DNA of 64,000 bases, taken from assembly GCA_002633005.1 (NCBI GenBank), contig NMRA01000127.1:628438-692437 (forward strand). Direction: 5' to 3'. A program made the position numbers and the translations under genes. Below the pieces are notes generated by a model, which was given only the letters and a program-made list of their open reading frames with translations, was not told the DNA's origin and made no database searches. Origin of the DNA: Phoronis australis (Eukaryota; Animalia; Phoronida). How positions within the stretch are numbered: the stretch's first letter is position 1; the number at the start of each line of letters is the position of its first letter. Shown in pieces: positions 52,242 through 64,000 of this stretch.

Positions 52242-55200
52242 TAAATTTGATACATTTGGTTAATAGATGCAGAATTTTCATGTTTTACCCACGCTGCCAT
52301 CTGGTGGTGTGACGTCACAACGTGACAAGTAATCTAGTTCACAGAAAACAAGGTGTTTCTGTTCGTTCAAGAGATATCAGACTGTCCATCAAAACACTTC
52401 AGCCTAGTTTGTCACATGAGAAGCATTGCTCAGGAATATCTGTATCTTTCATTCAATTCCATTAACTCACAGCAGCAACCGTTGCAGATCATTTTCTCAC
52501 AAATTGAATGCTTCAGATTAAACTCCTCGTGTGCAACCTAATTTTGTTTCAGAAAGACCGAACGTAATGTTAACAGAAAATTTGATATCTTTTGAGCATG
52601 TTAGTAGTTTACTGTCCCCTGGGATTAGAACTTTGAATAGTGTTGACACCAGTAAAGTTTATGTGCCGCATTGTGATTTTTTGCTGTAACTATGAAAATG
52701 CTGCGCTTTCTCGTGTAAAAGAAGTTCCACTTACCTAGATGTAGTTTGGATGCCAGCTGTGGCTTACTGTCTTCAAATGTGACTCACAGTACATGCCTAA
52801 CGTAATCAATTCCCGTCGGGACAACTGAGCGCGAGCGGAATTACCTGCCGTGTTGATTGAAAGCAAACAGAATTTGCTATCAAAGTACACTGAATGTCGG
52901 GTTGTCACCATCTGCCATGACAGGGAAATGGTTCTCAGTCTAATTGCTTTTGGCTGTACTGTGCTGTCATTGTGGTCCTGGATACATTAATGTAACTGAA
53001 TACTTTTCTTTTTGACAGATTGTTTGGCAATCTTTTCAACTGGTTGAACCTCCTACATTGTCGATTTAAGGCTTCTTCCTACTGAAGACTCAGTTCAATT
53101 TAAAATTTGAAAGAAGAGGCATGGACAATAAAGCATGGATTGTAATGGTTCTTGAGACTTAAACTGTGCTTTGCTGATGAGTACCATCTCGCTAGGGTAA
53201 ACAGATGGTCATTTCTATGAGTACAGAGTTCTGTATACCATCGTGTTTGGGTAACTGAAAATGGACAGTATTGTTGTATTTACGGAGAAGCAAAATCTAC
53301 ATTGCCACAATCTGTCTGAGAGATATTTGCCTTCTGTAGATGAGGCAAAAACCTCTCTGGTTTTACTGTTCTGTTACAAAGTCAACAAATAGTGTGTGGC
53401 AATGCTATGGTGGACATATGACTAAGTATCCATGAGATTGTCCACCGAATGAGAACTCTTGGGTTTTGGTGGCCTGTCTTCACTCTATTGTATTAGTTCA
53501 GGACTGAGGATTCATCTGGGGGTAAATCTTGTCAAAACTTTGCTTCGTATAATTTGTGATAGTTAATAAATTATTTGTCTCTGTGTAATGTGTCATATAT
53601 AATATTCCTCAGTACAAAGCAATTAAATTGTTTTAGTAGACACACATATGTCTCTGTTGCACTTCTGTAGTTTTTTAGGTTGTATTTATTATTTTGAGCA
53701 TGTAATGTGTTTTATAACATGTATAGGTTTTCAGTTGTGGGTAAATGTCAGTTCTACAACATTTACTGGTGATTTATGAATTGCGGCAACATGCTCAAAG
53801 ATACTACAATGGTAGATATGTAGGACTCATTTGTGTCCAGTTTTAAGATAGTGTGATTCGTCTGGTTTTATCTGTAACCACTCACTCCTTGAACCTTGTG
53901 TTTGGATTAGTTTATATTTAGCAATTTGCATTTGTTTGTATGTGTTCGTGAAAACACTGACAGTGAAATCTCAGCAGATTAGGACACGTTGTGGCTGATA
54001 AGTGTAATTTTTTGCATGATAACAAGCCATAAGTAAATGCTTTGGCAGTATCAAGTTTTATGCGATTGTTGCTAGGAGATGTTTTTAGAATTTTTTGGCG
54101 TTCACATTAGTGTTAGAAGCGGGTTAGCCTTTCAAAAATGAAAGTGATCAGTTTCCATTCTTTGTCAGAAATTGGTGAGAGCTTTGAGCCTGGAAATTTT
54201 ATAATGTAGTGGATCTTTGAAATGGGTTACTAGGGAACCGAAGGAAAGATGATCACGTATGTCAACTGCAAATTGAAGATTGCTGAGTTAGCAGGATTTA
54301 GTAAATTTTATGTGGATAGCTACCATGAAAATGGTCATGTTTAGTCAGGCTTTGCAACATGTCTGTTTAAGTACATGAAAGTCGTAAAGATTGTAAATAT
54401 TTTTATTGCTTGGCAACGGCAGTTGGCCATCACAGCAAGGGTTGTTTAATTGCTTGTGTTTTAGTTATTATTCCCCATTATTGTACACTATTTATTTATA
54501 TATATATATTTGTAGCTACTGCGTACACATAGTATCGCCAAACCAATGTCCTTGGTACTATGAGTGAGGGGGATCTTTTTTAAATTGTCGTTTTCAGGTT
54601 TTTGTCAATCAGTGTATCTATATGGGAAGAGGTGATATCTATGTCTCGGTAACCAACCGTGCATTTTGGTAAGAGAATATTGTAAGCAGGCAGGAAGAAT
54701 TGATGCTGTAATCTTTTTAGTTTCTATTCTGTTCCTTGGAAGGGAGATAGATAAATTGAATGGGCTTGTTCAGTTTGTGTAAATTGTGAAAAGCCGCTGA
54801 GGCCTAAGCTATAGTAAGTTGTTTACCCTTGTGCAGCAGACTTTGAAGTTTGTGCAGGATTCGAAATGTTTCATTTATAATCTGACGAAAGGTTTTTCTT
54901 CCCTAACATCAAAATATTTTTGTTACAAAAATGAATGCGTCGGTCAATGAAAATTTGAAAATGAAATGTATCACTCACCTGCTATCTCAGACGTTGGGGA
55001 TGGCTGTGGGGAAAGAAAAAGTGTTTTAAGGACTGACTAGTCTCAAATTTCATAATCTCCATCAAGGTGTAACATGAGTGGTCATTTTATAGCCTTAAAT
55101 CAAAAGAAACCTTCTGCAGGTAGCACACTACATCCATTTTAAATGTGTACACAACCTCATCTATAAGGAGAAAAGACAGGTAGCCTACACAGCACTGTAT

Positions 55201-55343
55201 TTGCATGATCGGTCTACAAGTATTCTGTGCACTAATTAATATACTTTTAGATTTAGTGGATTTCAGCCATGTAATTGTTGCACGATTTTGCAGACTTTCT
55301 CTCTATGCTCGCCACTAGTTCTGCAAGGTAGGCTGGGTTTCTT

Positions 55344-55395
55344 AATAAATGGTTGCCTTAATACAGAGACCAAGTGTTGTGTTTTTCTTCTTTTA
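55344..55395 (+). terminator. Candidate polyadenylation signal of the SORBS gene
   Basis: AATAAA at 55344 followed ~25 nt later by a GT/T-rich tract (gtgttgtgtttttcttc). Composition changes after ~55.4 kb. Confidence 0.5.
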
Positions 55396-58300
55396 TCCTC
55401 TTAGTAGCTACAGCACCCTTAAACATTGATAATTTCAGTTCTACTTGCATTCATTAAAGGGATATTAATCCCTATTGAAGTTATTTCAACCAATCCTCGT
55501 TCAGTGCACTGCATTTGCATCGTTGGCATCCCTCTTGGCAATAAATAGGCCAAAGCACACTGTGTCACAGAATAACCACGCCGAACCGTTATAAGTCTAA
55601 CGCGTAGGTGGCCACGCCTTTCGCTCATTCAGCGACAGACTTCGTAAGGAGTTCTCAAAGTTGCTTCTAACGTTTTATTTGGGGTATACAGAAAATGTTC
55701 CATCGTTTCGATATTACTCAATATCATCATCGGGCATAAAGCAAGTACACAGGGGCAATTAATACGTACAAAGGCGATAAAAACAATTCAACATCACTCT
55801 GCATACTACAGTATTGGAAACTGCAATCTCTGCTACAAATCCAGTATGAGTAATATCGGAACGTTAAAATGAAACACAGTCTTGATTTTACAATTTAATC
55901 AGTTACTGACTATTTGGCCAGGAACTGTCGGTAATGACCTCAAATTTGTGAAACATCTCGAAGCTTTCGTAAAATCTTTCCCATCTTCAATGGTTCAATT
56001 CCAAACAATTCAAACCCAATTAACCACTGTGATTTCAAAAAACCCAGCAACCGCTCAAGACAAGCAATTGAACTCGTATACTAATTGGGGAGGGTGAAGG
56101 GTAACAAATACCAGGGGTGTCTTGCTCTGTCATGATGTAAAGATGTTACAGAATTGAATAAATTAGAAATACTTTCAGAGTTAGGTCAACCATTTTTATG
56201 TCACCTTTTAAATGTAGATCCGTGGTTTTCTCCTCTCACTTGGGCAAAAACTTAGAATTAAATGGCCGACACAGACTTGTTCGACTGCGTTCAATAGAAG
56301 GTAACTTTTTCTAAATGGAAATGAACGTAGAATCAAGACACACTAGACATTTTGATGGGCCGTCCAGAAGACGTTACATTCCATTGTTCCATGGATGCAT
56401 TGTCCGAAAAGTTTGCTCACCAGGGAAGCTTGTTTGACGCTTCTTGGTGCGCTGTTCGAATAATATGGCACACGACCATGCAGTTCGGAGCTTGACAGTA
56501 CAACCGCTACTTGAGGCGGTGACATTGCCTAGTTCGAGGGCACAATCAAATCAACTCTCTTCGTGACCATACGCACTTTTGGCTTCCCTCCCTTAATTAA
56601 AAGTAAGCTACTGCCCATGAGCAGTCTATTCGCAAATATTTCGCGCCCAGGAGTATTTTTGGAAAGCGAGATGGGCGTGTTTCCGGAAACTGCGCCTTCA
56701 TACCCCTTTCTTTTGCTGCCTTCACATACAGGGATTTTTCTTACGAGTTCTTTAGGCATAGCCATAATGCCCAATTGCAAACATCCGTAAATAACTTGTC
56801 ACAAAACGCAACAACTGCCAAACACTCGGACGTGAAAGCCGAGGAGGCAAAATTTTTGACACGCCAAAAATTCTAGCGATCTGTCACTGATTGATTGGCG
56901 TAAATAACACGCAAAGGAGCGCAAACCTCTCGCTATGAAGACTCGTAAGAAAAATCCATGTACGTGGAGCGGGCAACAAATATTAGCAGTAAATACTCCC
57001 GTGGGCGTACTTTTTTTTTTTGGGGGGGGCGCTAATTTCTTTCGGAAGCCCCAGTCCCATATGGGTGCCAGATCAACATATCTGGTACGATGGTGTGTGA
57101 ACCCTGAGCCACCTTCCTCTGCGTGATCCTGGAACGTCCGGGAAGGTCCGTGCATGAGTTTGTGAAAATGCAAAACTTCAGCCTTTGTCCGTGAAGGACA
57201 GGGTACGAAGATGGCAACATCCAGTGTGGTCCGTGTAGCCAAATGACCCCGCAAATTGGTCCGTGTTCATCCGGGGCTACCCGTTTCACTGCCGTGTATA
57301 GGTGTGGGATGGTCCGTGTAGACGGGTCCGTGTCAGTAGTGTGTTGACACCGGCGAGACGGTCGTTGGACGAAAGTCAAAAGGCGCCTAGGTGTGCACTG
57401 ATCTTGATCCAGTGGGATGAAGCACTTTCTGGGCGGGTAGCTGTCGTGTTCATCCGTGTTTATAGGATATTCAATGGGGGTTTTTGTTGAACACAGGCCG
57501 GACGATTGAATGAATGTTGTTTTTGCTTTGTTTAGTTTTTGCAACTGAAATAAGAACGAAGTTGTTTTTCGAATGCGGTCGCCCATAGATAGGAACCAAT
57601 TAGTGGTTCCTAGTCCTTGGAAATTGTTTTTTATTTGGATACTGCACAATCTAACCCAAGCCAGCTGTGTAATCAAAATTATTCAAAATATTCGAACTCC
57701 GCTTTTGCAGCGGTGTCGCTTAGTTTTCTTCACCCTAAATCTTTTAAATTCATTTCACACTTCACTGTATGAAATAATTCCAGTCTGTGCAGGTCATATG
57801 TCATATATTTGCCGTTGTCAGGAGTTGATTTCGTTGTGTCTTTATTAATTTATTTTATTTAAGTAAGTTTGTCATTTGTCACACCACAGGACTTTCTTAG
57901 AATTGTTTTCATTTTAATGTTAAAACACGCGTGACCCTGACGTTGACGACCAGTGCCAATGGACTAAATTAAGATGCTGCTGGACATCAGAATTTGCAAA
58001 GGTATGGTGCCATGCACCTATAAAATCCTACAAGTTGCCGTTTTCAATTACAGCTTTGTTTGATTAAAAACGAATGACAGTGTTACTTTTCATATAAAAA
58101 TTTAATCAGGGATCAGGGTCTTATCTCCAAAGTCAGACTCGACTCAGACCTAGACGCAAAACTTGGTAACTAACCACGTCGCATTTTTTAAGACTAAATT
58201 ATTTTGTACTGAACTTTACTCAAAGCGTGTTACAATTTGATCAATTTTATGTTCGCGTTTCGAGTACATAGATTAGAATTTGGGCCCAGAACATGGTTTA

Positions 58301-59258
58301 TATCGGATTTAAATCTTCATTGTAATTATCATGATCACAGCTTCTAGAAAATGTAATCCTTTGTGGGGTTTATTGCACCAGTCAAAAGTCATTGTTATGT
58401 TATCAACTTACATCTGTTTTTGAGACACTTCTGTAAATATTCACTTACCGCATATATTGTGAAACTTTTTCAGTTATGGGTTGCCAAGATTTTACTAAAG
58501 GAAGTCATTATCATAATAATAAAATAACTTATTCTTGACTTTTAACATTTTATTTAATTTGGAAATTTTACGTCTGAACTGATTCAGAATATGTTCAGCT
58601 CGTCAGACGCCCTATGATTTGCTTACGCCAGTTTAGTGCATACGAACGAGCATGGCAATCGAAGGATTTCACTAAAAAAATTAATTCAGCTCTGTGTATA
58701 TTTGCGTTTTCTACTAACAAGTTCACAGGGAATTCCATTGTCATTCAAATGCTGCAGCCATTTTTATGGTGCACCAATGAGCTGTAAACCCTCATTTGGC
58801 CGTCAAGGAAACTAACTTGTGACTTACAGCGCTTACCGCAAAAATGGTTTCTACAAAAGAATTCAAAGGTAAGATAATCTGTGATACCGTGCTCGGCGCA
58901 TAAAATGACACGCCTGTTCTCGAGCAATAACGAACTGGCAGCTCTTCCGAAGAATAGTGTCCGATCTCTAAATATGGAGCAAGTTGAGACCAGTTTCATA
59001 ACGCTAAGTGGTCTAAATCAGACATTGTTTTTTAAGAATAGTGTCAGTGTCCTCCTGAAAGAGCATCTCCTTCCATTGAGGATGCATGTTGGCTCAATCG
59101 GATCACGTTTCGTAAGAACATACCGGTACCTTTAAGTAGACCCAAATGATAATTTACGACCTTCTTTTGTTCGTTCTACGAAAACCATCATAATCAATAT
59201 ATTGCACTCACAATGTGATATGCCCATTTTAACTGGTATCTAAAACAGTCTCCAGTTT

Positions 59259-59415
59259 CAGTGGCGGATTTAGAGGCTGGCCAAGGGGGCCATGGCCCCC
59301 CTAAAATTCTCCCAGTTTACATTTGTCAGATGGGGGGTGCGAATGTCTGACGGGCAAAATCCTGGCTAATACTCTGTCATGGCCCCCCTAACTCAAAATC
59401 CTGGATCCGCCCCTG
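59259..59415. mobile_element. Short MITE with CAG(T/G)GGCGGAT TIRs and 5-bp TSD (hAT5-like)
   Basis: agttt|cagtggcggattt ... ggatccgcccctg|agttt, internal ggcccccct repeats. Confidence 0.8.
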
Positions 59416-60078
59416 AGTTTTGACCGACATTTTATGCAAACGCGTAACGCATGAGACACTGAGCCTCGTTCAAGCCTCCACAGTCCAGCGCGCTTTCGTG
59501 CAAACCTATAACACAGTGAAGCTCCATATGATAGACACGTGCCAGGTGTCACGTCAGGGTTGTGCATTTACATTCTGCGACCTCAGACCAGTGCAGACTG
59601 TACAATGTGGACGAGGAAATTAAAGACGTGTTGCCGTAAGACAAAGGATATCAACATGGAATAAAAAGTAAAAGAGATGATGGTGGTAGGACCAATCTCA
59701 TTATTCCCTTGTCACAGGAAGGCCAGCATTGGTTACTCAACGTCAATACTAAGACCAATTATGAGCATCGGAGCAGTCTAGTCTCTGCTGTGGTGCAGGT
59801 TTATGAACTATTTTAAACTGGCTTAATTCACTTTTCTTTTGATGTTTTAAAGTCGTAACTTAAAAATATTGTATACCTTTGTTACCGTGGCGTGTCTTCC
59901 AGCGATTTCTATGTTTGCAGAGAAATAACAGATAGTTTGTGCTTTTTAAAATTCTTTATTGTGGAAAGTAAAATTACAACAAATGATTTCTACCCAAAAA
60001 GCCCTGAAAAGCATGTCTTGGCGCCAAAATTACAGGGATATCAACATCGTAGTTTTTTCAATCACAGACTAGTCAACT

Positions 60079-61143
60079 CTAAGAGTTAATTTTGTCTACG
60101 AGCTTTGCCGGCGAATCTCTCAACCGTGTTGCTACGGCAGAAACTTTGATTGTTGTGTAAGTCCGTAATGTGCCTTCAATTTCTGTCACGTGATCGATGC
60201 ATCGACTGCCACGGATGTTATTGTTGTTTATGCTGGTGTTGATTTCGTTGATTTTGTCGATGTTCTTGTTTATCATGCAAACTTTGTCTCCACTTTCGCG
60301 TCGCGTCGAGTGCTGGTTTATCGCTTCATGATCACCGGAAGTATCAACTGGTGACCCAATGAGTTCTTCAAGTTCGTCTGCGTTCACGTCTGCTGCAACG
60401 ATCGCGTCACTGGAATTTATCCAGATGCAGTAGGCTGAGTCTGACCCCGCAACGAAAAGATCTCTTTTTACGTCATAGTCAGGATAAGATTCGATTTCTG
60501 TAAAACAAACATCATAGATTAGTAGAAAAGCATGAATTAGTTAACTGACATTTTTTATTTATAGAAGTCAAGAAGTTGGGCGGTTGGGGAGAAACCGATA
60601 GCGAATATGCTTCATTCATTGAAAATGGACTTAAAACGTAAATGGTTGTTATTTATAAGTATTTTCATTCAAGAAATGTCGTGAAAACAGGAAGTCAATT
60701 TCACTAAATCTGAGGACCGTACGTTACCTCTGAGACAAAGATAAATATACCGGTAGTTACACGACTGTATAGTATATTTGTCTGAGAAGGGATTTGTGGA
60801 GTTCAGTAGACAATATGCACTGATTTTAAGCAGTTATATAGTAATAAAATATGGTAAATTTCCCTGCCAACTGTGTTTTATCATTCAACACACCTTCCTC
60901 TAGAGCATCGTCCCACGTATAGTCCTCAACCGGCGATGCGGGGACACAAAAATGGCCGTCTTCAGGAGGAGGGACAATAAGAACATTATTTCCGTCTGTT
61001 TGCCTAGCTAACCAAAAGCAATAACCTCCATTTGCGCCCTTTATTCCGACTGTGGTGTTCGGCAAAGCTTGTCCTGTTTGTAAATAACGCAAAATATTTT
61101 CAGAATAAATGTCTAATTGCTGATCACTTGGGAGACATTTAGG
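60079..61143 (-). CDS. Putative spliced gene of unknown function (exons ~61143-60894, 60781-60728, 60497-60079)
   Basis: Two GT-AG introns, both phase 1, join ORFs 60826-61092 and 60079-60387 through a 54-nt exon into one open frame. No in-frame ATG seen. Confidence 0.5.
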
Positions 61144-61669
61144 CTATTGTTCCAATTAGCGTTTATTGTAAAATCAATTTACTAGTTTCGATTACGAGAA
61201 CGGCGACGCTTCGCTCAATATATGTGGAAAACCAAAATTGACGCAGCCTACAAATCGGTCAGGTTTTCATTCATACTGGCAAAACAATAAAACCGCCCTC
61301 TTGACCAATTCATTCCCAGGAATATTTGATCAAGTTAATCTATTACAGCAAAGATTTACTCCCAGTAGTATCAGAAATTGATTGGTTTATAAGTGTCGAG
61401 TTTCTTGGCAAAAGAACTTTCTTCTCTCCAGCAATGTGATGTACCGTCAACATTGAAGTTAACTTGAAGGCCTCAGTGGCAATAGGGAGTGAGCGCTTAA
61501 CCAGGCTTAGTAAACTCAGTAATTGCATGGTATGGATGAGTAGGAACTTTAAAATCAGTGCATGTAGTGAGGTTTGTTGTGTAGTTTTGATGGAATTTTT
61601 TTGGGGAAAGTGGAAACTATACATTTTTGGAAACCTCATGGAATGACAAATCAGAAGATAATTGATTCC

Positions 61670-61950
61670 ATTTTTGGCGGCCATCTTGGCAGCCATCTTG
61701 GATTTTCAGAAAATGCGCCGGTAAAATGGATTTTGCCCAATATTTCCGCTTGTGGGTCACTTAGAATTTTGTTTTTTATGGCTACACCTGCATTTCTCAA
61801 GGAATTGGAAATTTCATATTTGGGTGCCATCTTAGCGGCCATCATGGATTTTAAAAATCGCCCCCGGAAAATACAAGTTCCTCAGTATCTTAGTTCTTGG
61901 GTCACTTAGAATGTTAGTTTTAATGGCTGCACCCAAATTTTTGAAAATGC
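61670..61950. repeat. Subterminal-type repeats (ggcggccatcttgg, gggtcacttagaat) next to the decayed element
   Basis: Two ~160-bp related units, each with doubled GCCATCTT motifs. Confidence 0.7.
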
Positions 61951-62188
61951 AACTTATTAAATGATAAACATAGTCAAAACCCCATTTATCAGCAGTCACA
62001 TTTTCTAAATGCATTTTTCAGGTAGATACATACGATCACTATCTTACTTTCTTGTATATTTTGTTTGGAGCTTGTTTCCTTCAAGACACTTAAAACTAAG
62101 CCATTACCTAAACAACTTATTTACGTAGGAAGAACACGAAAGTATGTTTTTTGTAGTGTCAATAGTCTTTCAAAACTTTGAAATCAGT

Positions 62189-63600
62189 CTATAGATCATT
62201 ACTATAGCCATCACTGTCACCAGGAATCACAAGATCATCATCATTCTGACATTCTGCACTACACTGATATAGATCTGTGTAAGATAGGTCCTTTGATCGG
62301 CAAGAGCATCTTTGGGAAGAGGAATTGTTTTTGCATTGGCATCTAACCATCTCAATGATAGCCTCTGGCACCGGAAGCTCCTAAGTTGTGAGGGCTCAGC
62401 TGGTCATCTTTGTCCTTGTAAATTCATTCTGCAATGGGTCATGGAACTCTTGTCTAGCAATGACTGCCTGGCCCCACACTCTGGCTTGAATAAATACCCT
62501 CAGCACATGCTGTTTCAAAGTACCAATGGTTGGTGGACATTTATCGCTGTTAGCCAAATGTTTACAGAAGAGGTACCATCTCAGCTCTGGGATGCTATTT
62601 GTGTCTATACCCTGTGGTGAGTATGCACATGTAAAAGGGGTTAATGTGAAAAGAGGTTCACCCGTTACTTCATAAGCAGTGCAAAAAGTATGTTGTGCAT
62701 TGATATCATCGGTGTTTGCCTTCAAATATATATTGAAACTACAGAATGGACCAGTGTTGTCTGTCCACGTAACAGCATGGAATGCAGGAAGAATCTTTGC
62801 CCAGACAGCACCTAATGATGTCCATATTGGATTCACGTCCACAATCCCAGATGCCACGGGGACTGAAGTATTTCTGAGAAACCTGTCATAATAGGCAATG
62901 ACGAGTACCAGTAAGTCTATGTCAGGTGAAAAAAACATCAGCTGAGAGTCAGGGACCTTTTGATGTGATGCCAGAACTGCATTATGCACAGTGTATTAGC
63001 AATATATCTGCTTTTTCGTGATCGTTTCCTTATAATTAGCGTAGAGCACGTCGGTTGCTCTTTGCGCAACCTGAAGCTGAAGTAATGGCTATCTTGGCAG
63101 AGTTTTTATCATATTCAAGTGTCTTTGCAGACAGATATTCAGTAATTTGAGCCTTTTTGGTCATGGGAGAGGAGGAAACGTCTCATTGGGATATCTTGTA
63201 TGAAAGTCTCATCTCTTATCTTGTATTGTACTTGACCCTTTCTCTGCCTCCTTTTTTCTCTTGTGGCTTGTTTCAAAGAATTGTCTTTGTGGGTGTCGAA
63301 AACCAGAATGATATCGCCATAACCTTTAGTTATGAACTTCACTTCCTTACTATCCACACGTGCAGTTTTGTGGCTTGGGTGAACACACTCAATGGATGTT
63401 GTTTACATGTTTTCTGGATGTAAAAAATCTTGCAGCTTGAGGACTGTCCTATTCTCAGCCGACGTCTGCTTCGATAATTTGTGCAGAAGGTTGGTTCGAT
63501 TCGATTTGTCTGTGCATGACAGTATTGCCCCACTGGCAGCAAGGATTGCTCTTGGTGTTTGGGTGAATTCATAGTGGTCGATAGCATGTTTCTGGACGAT
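62189..63600 (-). pseudogene. Decayed PIN/FEN1-like nuclease + H3TH-like + C-terminal CXC (tesmin-like) coding sequence, probably transposon-borne
   Basis: Fragments across frames: VFDTHKDNSLKQATREKR, HEKADILLIH, SPDIDLLVL, LPAFHAVTWTDNT, PPTIGTLKQHVLR-QARVW, VRCQCK-RCSCR-YTDLYQCSAECQN. Contains stops and frameshifts. Confidence 0.75.
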
Positions 63601-64000
63601 TTGCCCAGCAGGCTACAACTCCTGTTGTCATTGATCCGCAGCCTGGTTACTGCCAAACTTATCTGCCATCCGACTGTTAAAGGCAAAATGCATTTCCATT
63701 GAGTAGAAGAGAACTGGATTCCAAAGTGAACAGTGAAAATAATAACGAAATCTTCAAAAGACATGTCTCAAATGTCTTTTCAAAAATAAACAGGTATGCA
63801 CTGTAAATATAAGTTAATCTGCGTTTCTATGATTCCTTTAAATATTCTGGGGGTTCGTATCTGCTATTAAAATCATTTAGATTATATGTATCATTTTAGA
63901 AATAGTGTTTTTCAATTCCTTACCCCATAAAATGTGGATGCAGCCTTTAAAACTAACATTTTAAGTCACCCAAGAGCAGAAATACTGAGCAAAATGTATT

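Noticed and set aside
56529-57848. Cluster of 60-214-aa ORFs on both strands
   Set aside because: No domain-like motifs. Explained by locally higher GC lowering stop frequency.

Overview
AT-rich, intron-rich animal genomic DNA. It is probably from a marine invertebrate, but the taxon cannot be fixed from sequence. Most of the window (about 0.7-55 kb, + strand) is one multi-exon SORBS-family adaptor gene (CAP/ponsin, ArgBP2 and vinexin family; Drosophila CAP). I could splice it by hand with consistent intron phases. In order it has a SoHo-domain exon (its 5' part lies upstream of the window), NPY-type microexons, the QPRSI-YEPG-SSI motif exon, a GGEVP-GFRKP motif exon, a 3,987-nt frame-symmetric giant exon, a coiled-coil/RRHSD-QKSPIP region, three C-terminal SH3 domains ending at 52075, and a probable 3' UTR of about 3.3 kb. 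The introns carry several non-autonomous mobile elements: palindromic MITEs, an inverted pair of tRNA-derived SINEs, a TA-TSD MITE, and a TTAA-TSD element containing a nested Helentron/HINE-like repeat with an array of CTCF-like motifs. The last 5 kb hold a 5-bp-TSD MITE, a possible spliced orphan gene on the minus strand, and a decayed PIN/H3TH/CXC-type coding element. The first 870 bp duplicate 1465-2368 across an N and are most likely an uncollapsed allele. I see no prokaryote-type system and no clearly new biological system. The best leads concern splicing architecture and transposon-borne regulatory arrays. All family assignments come from recalled motifs, not database searches.
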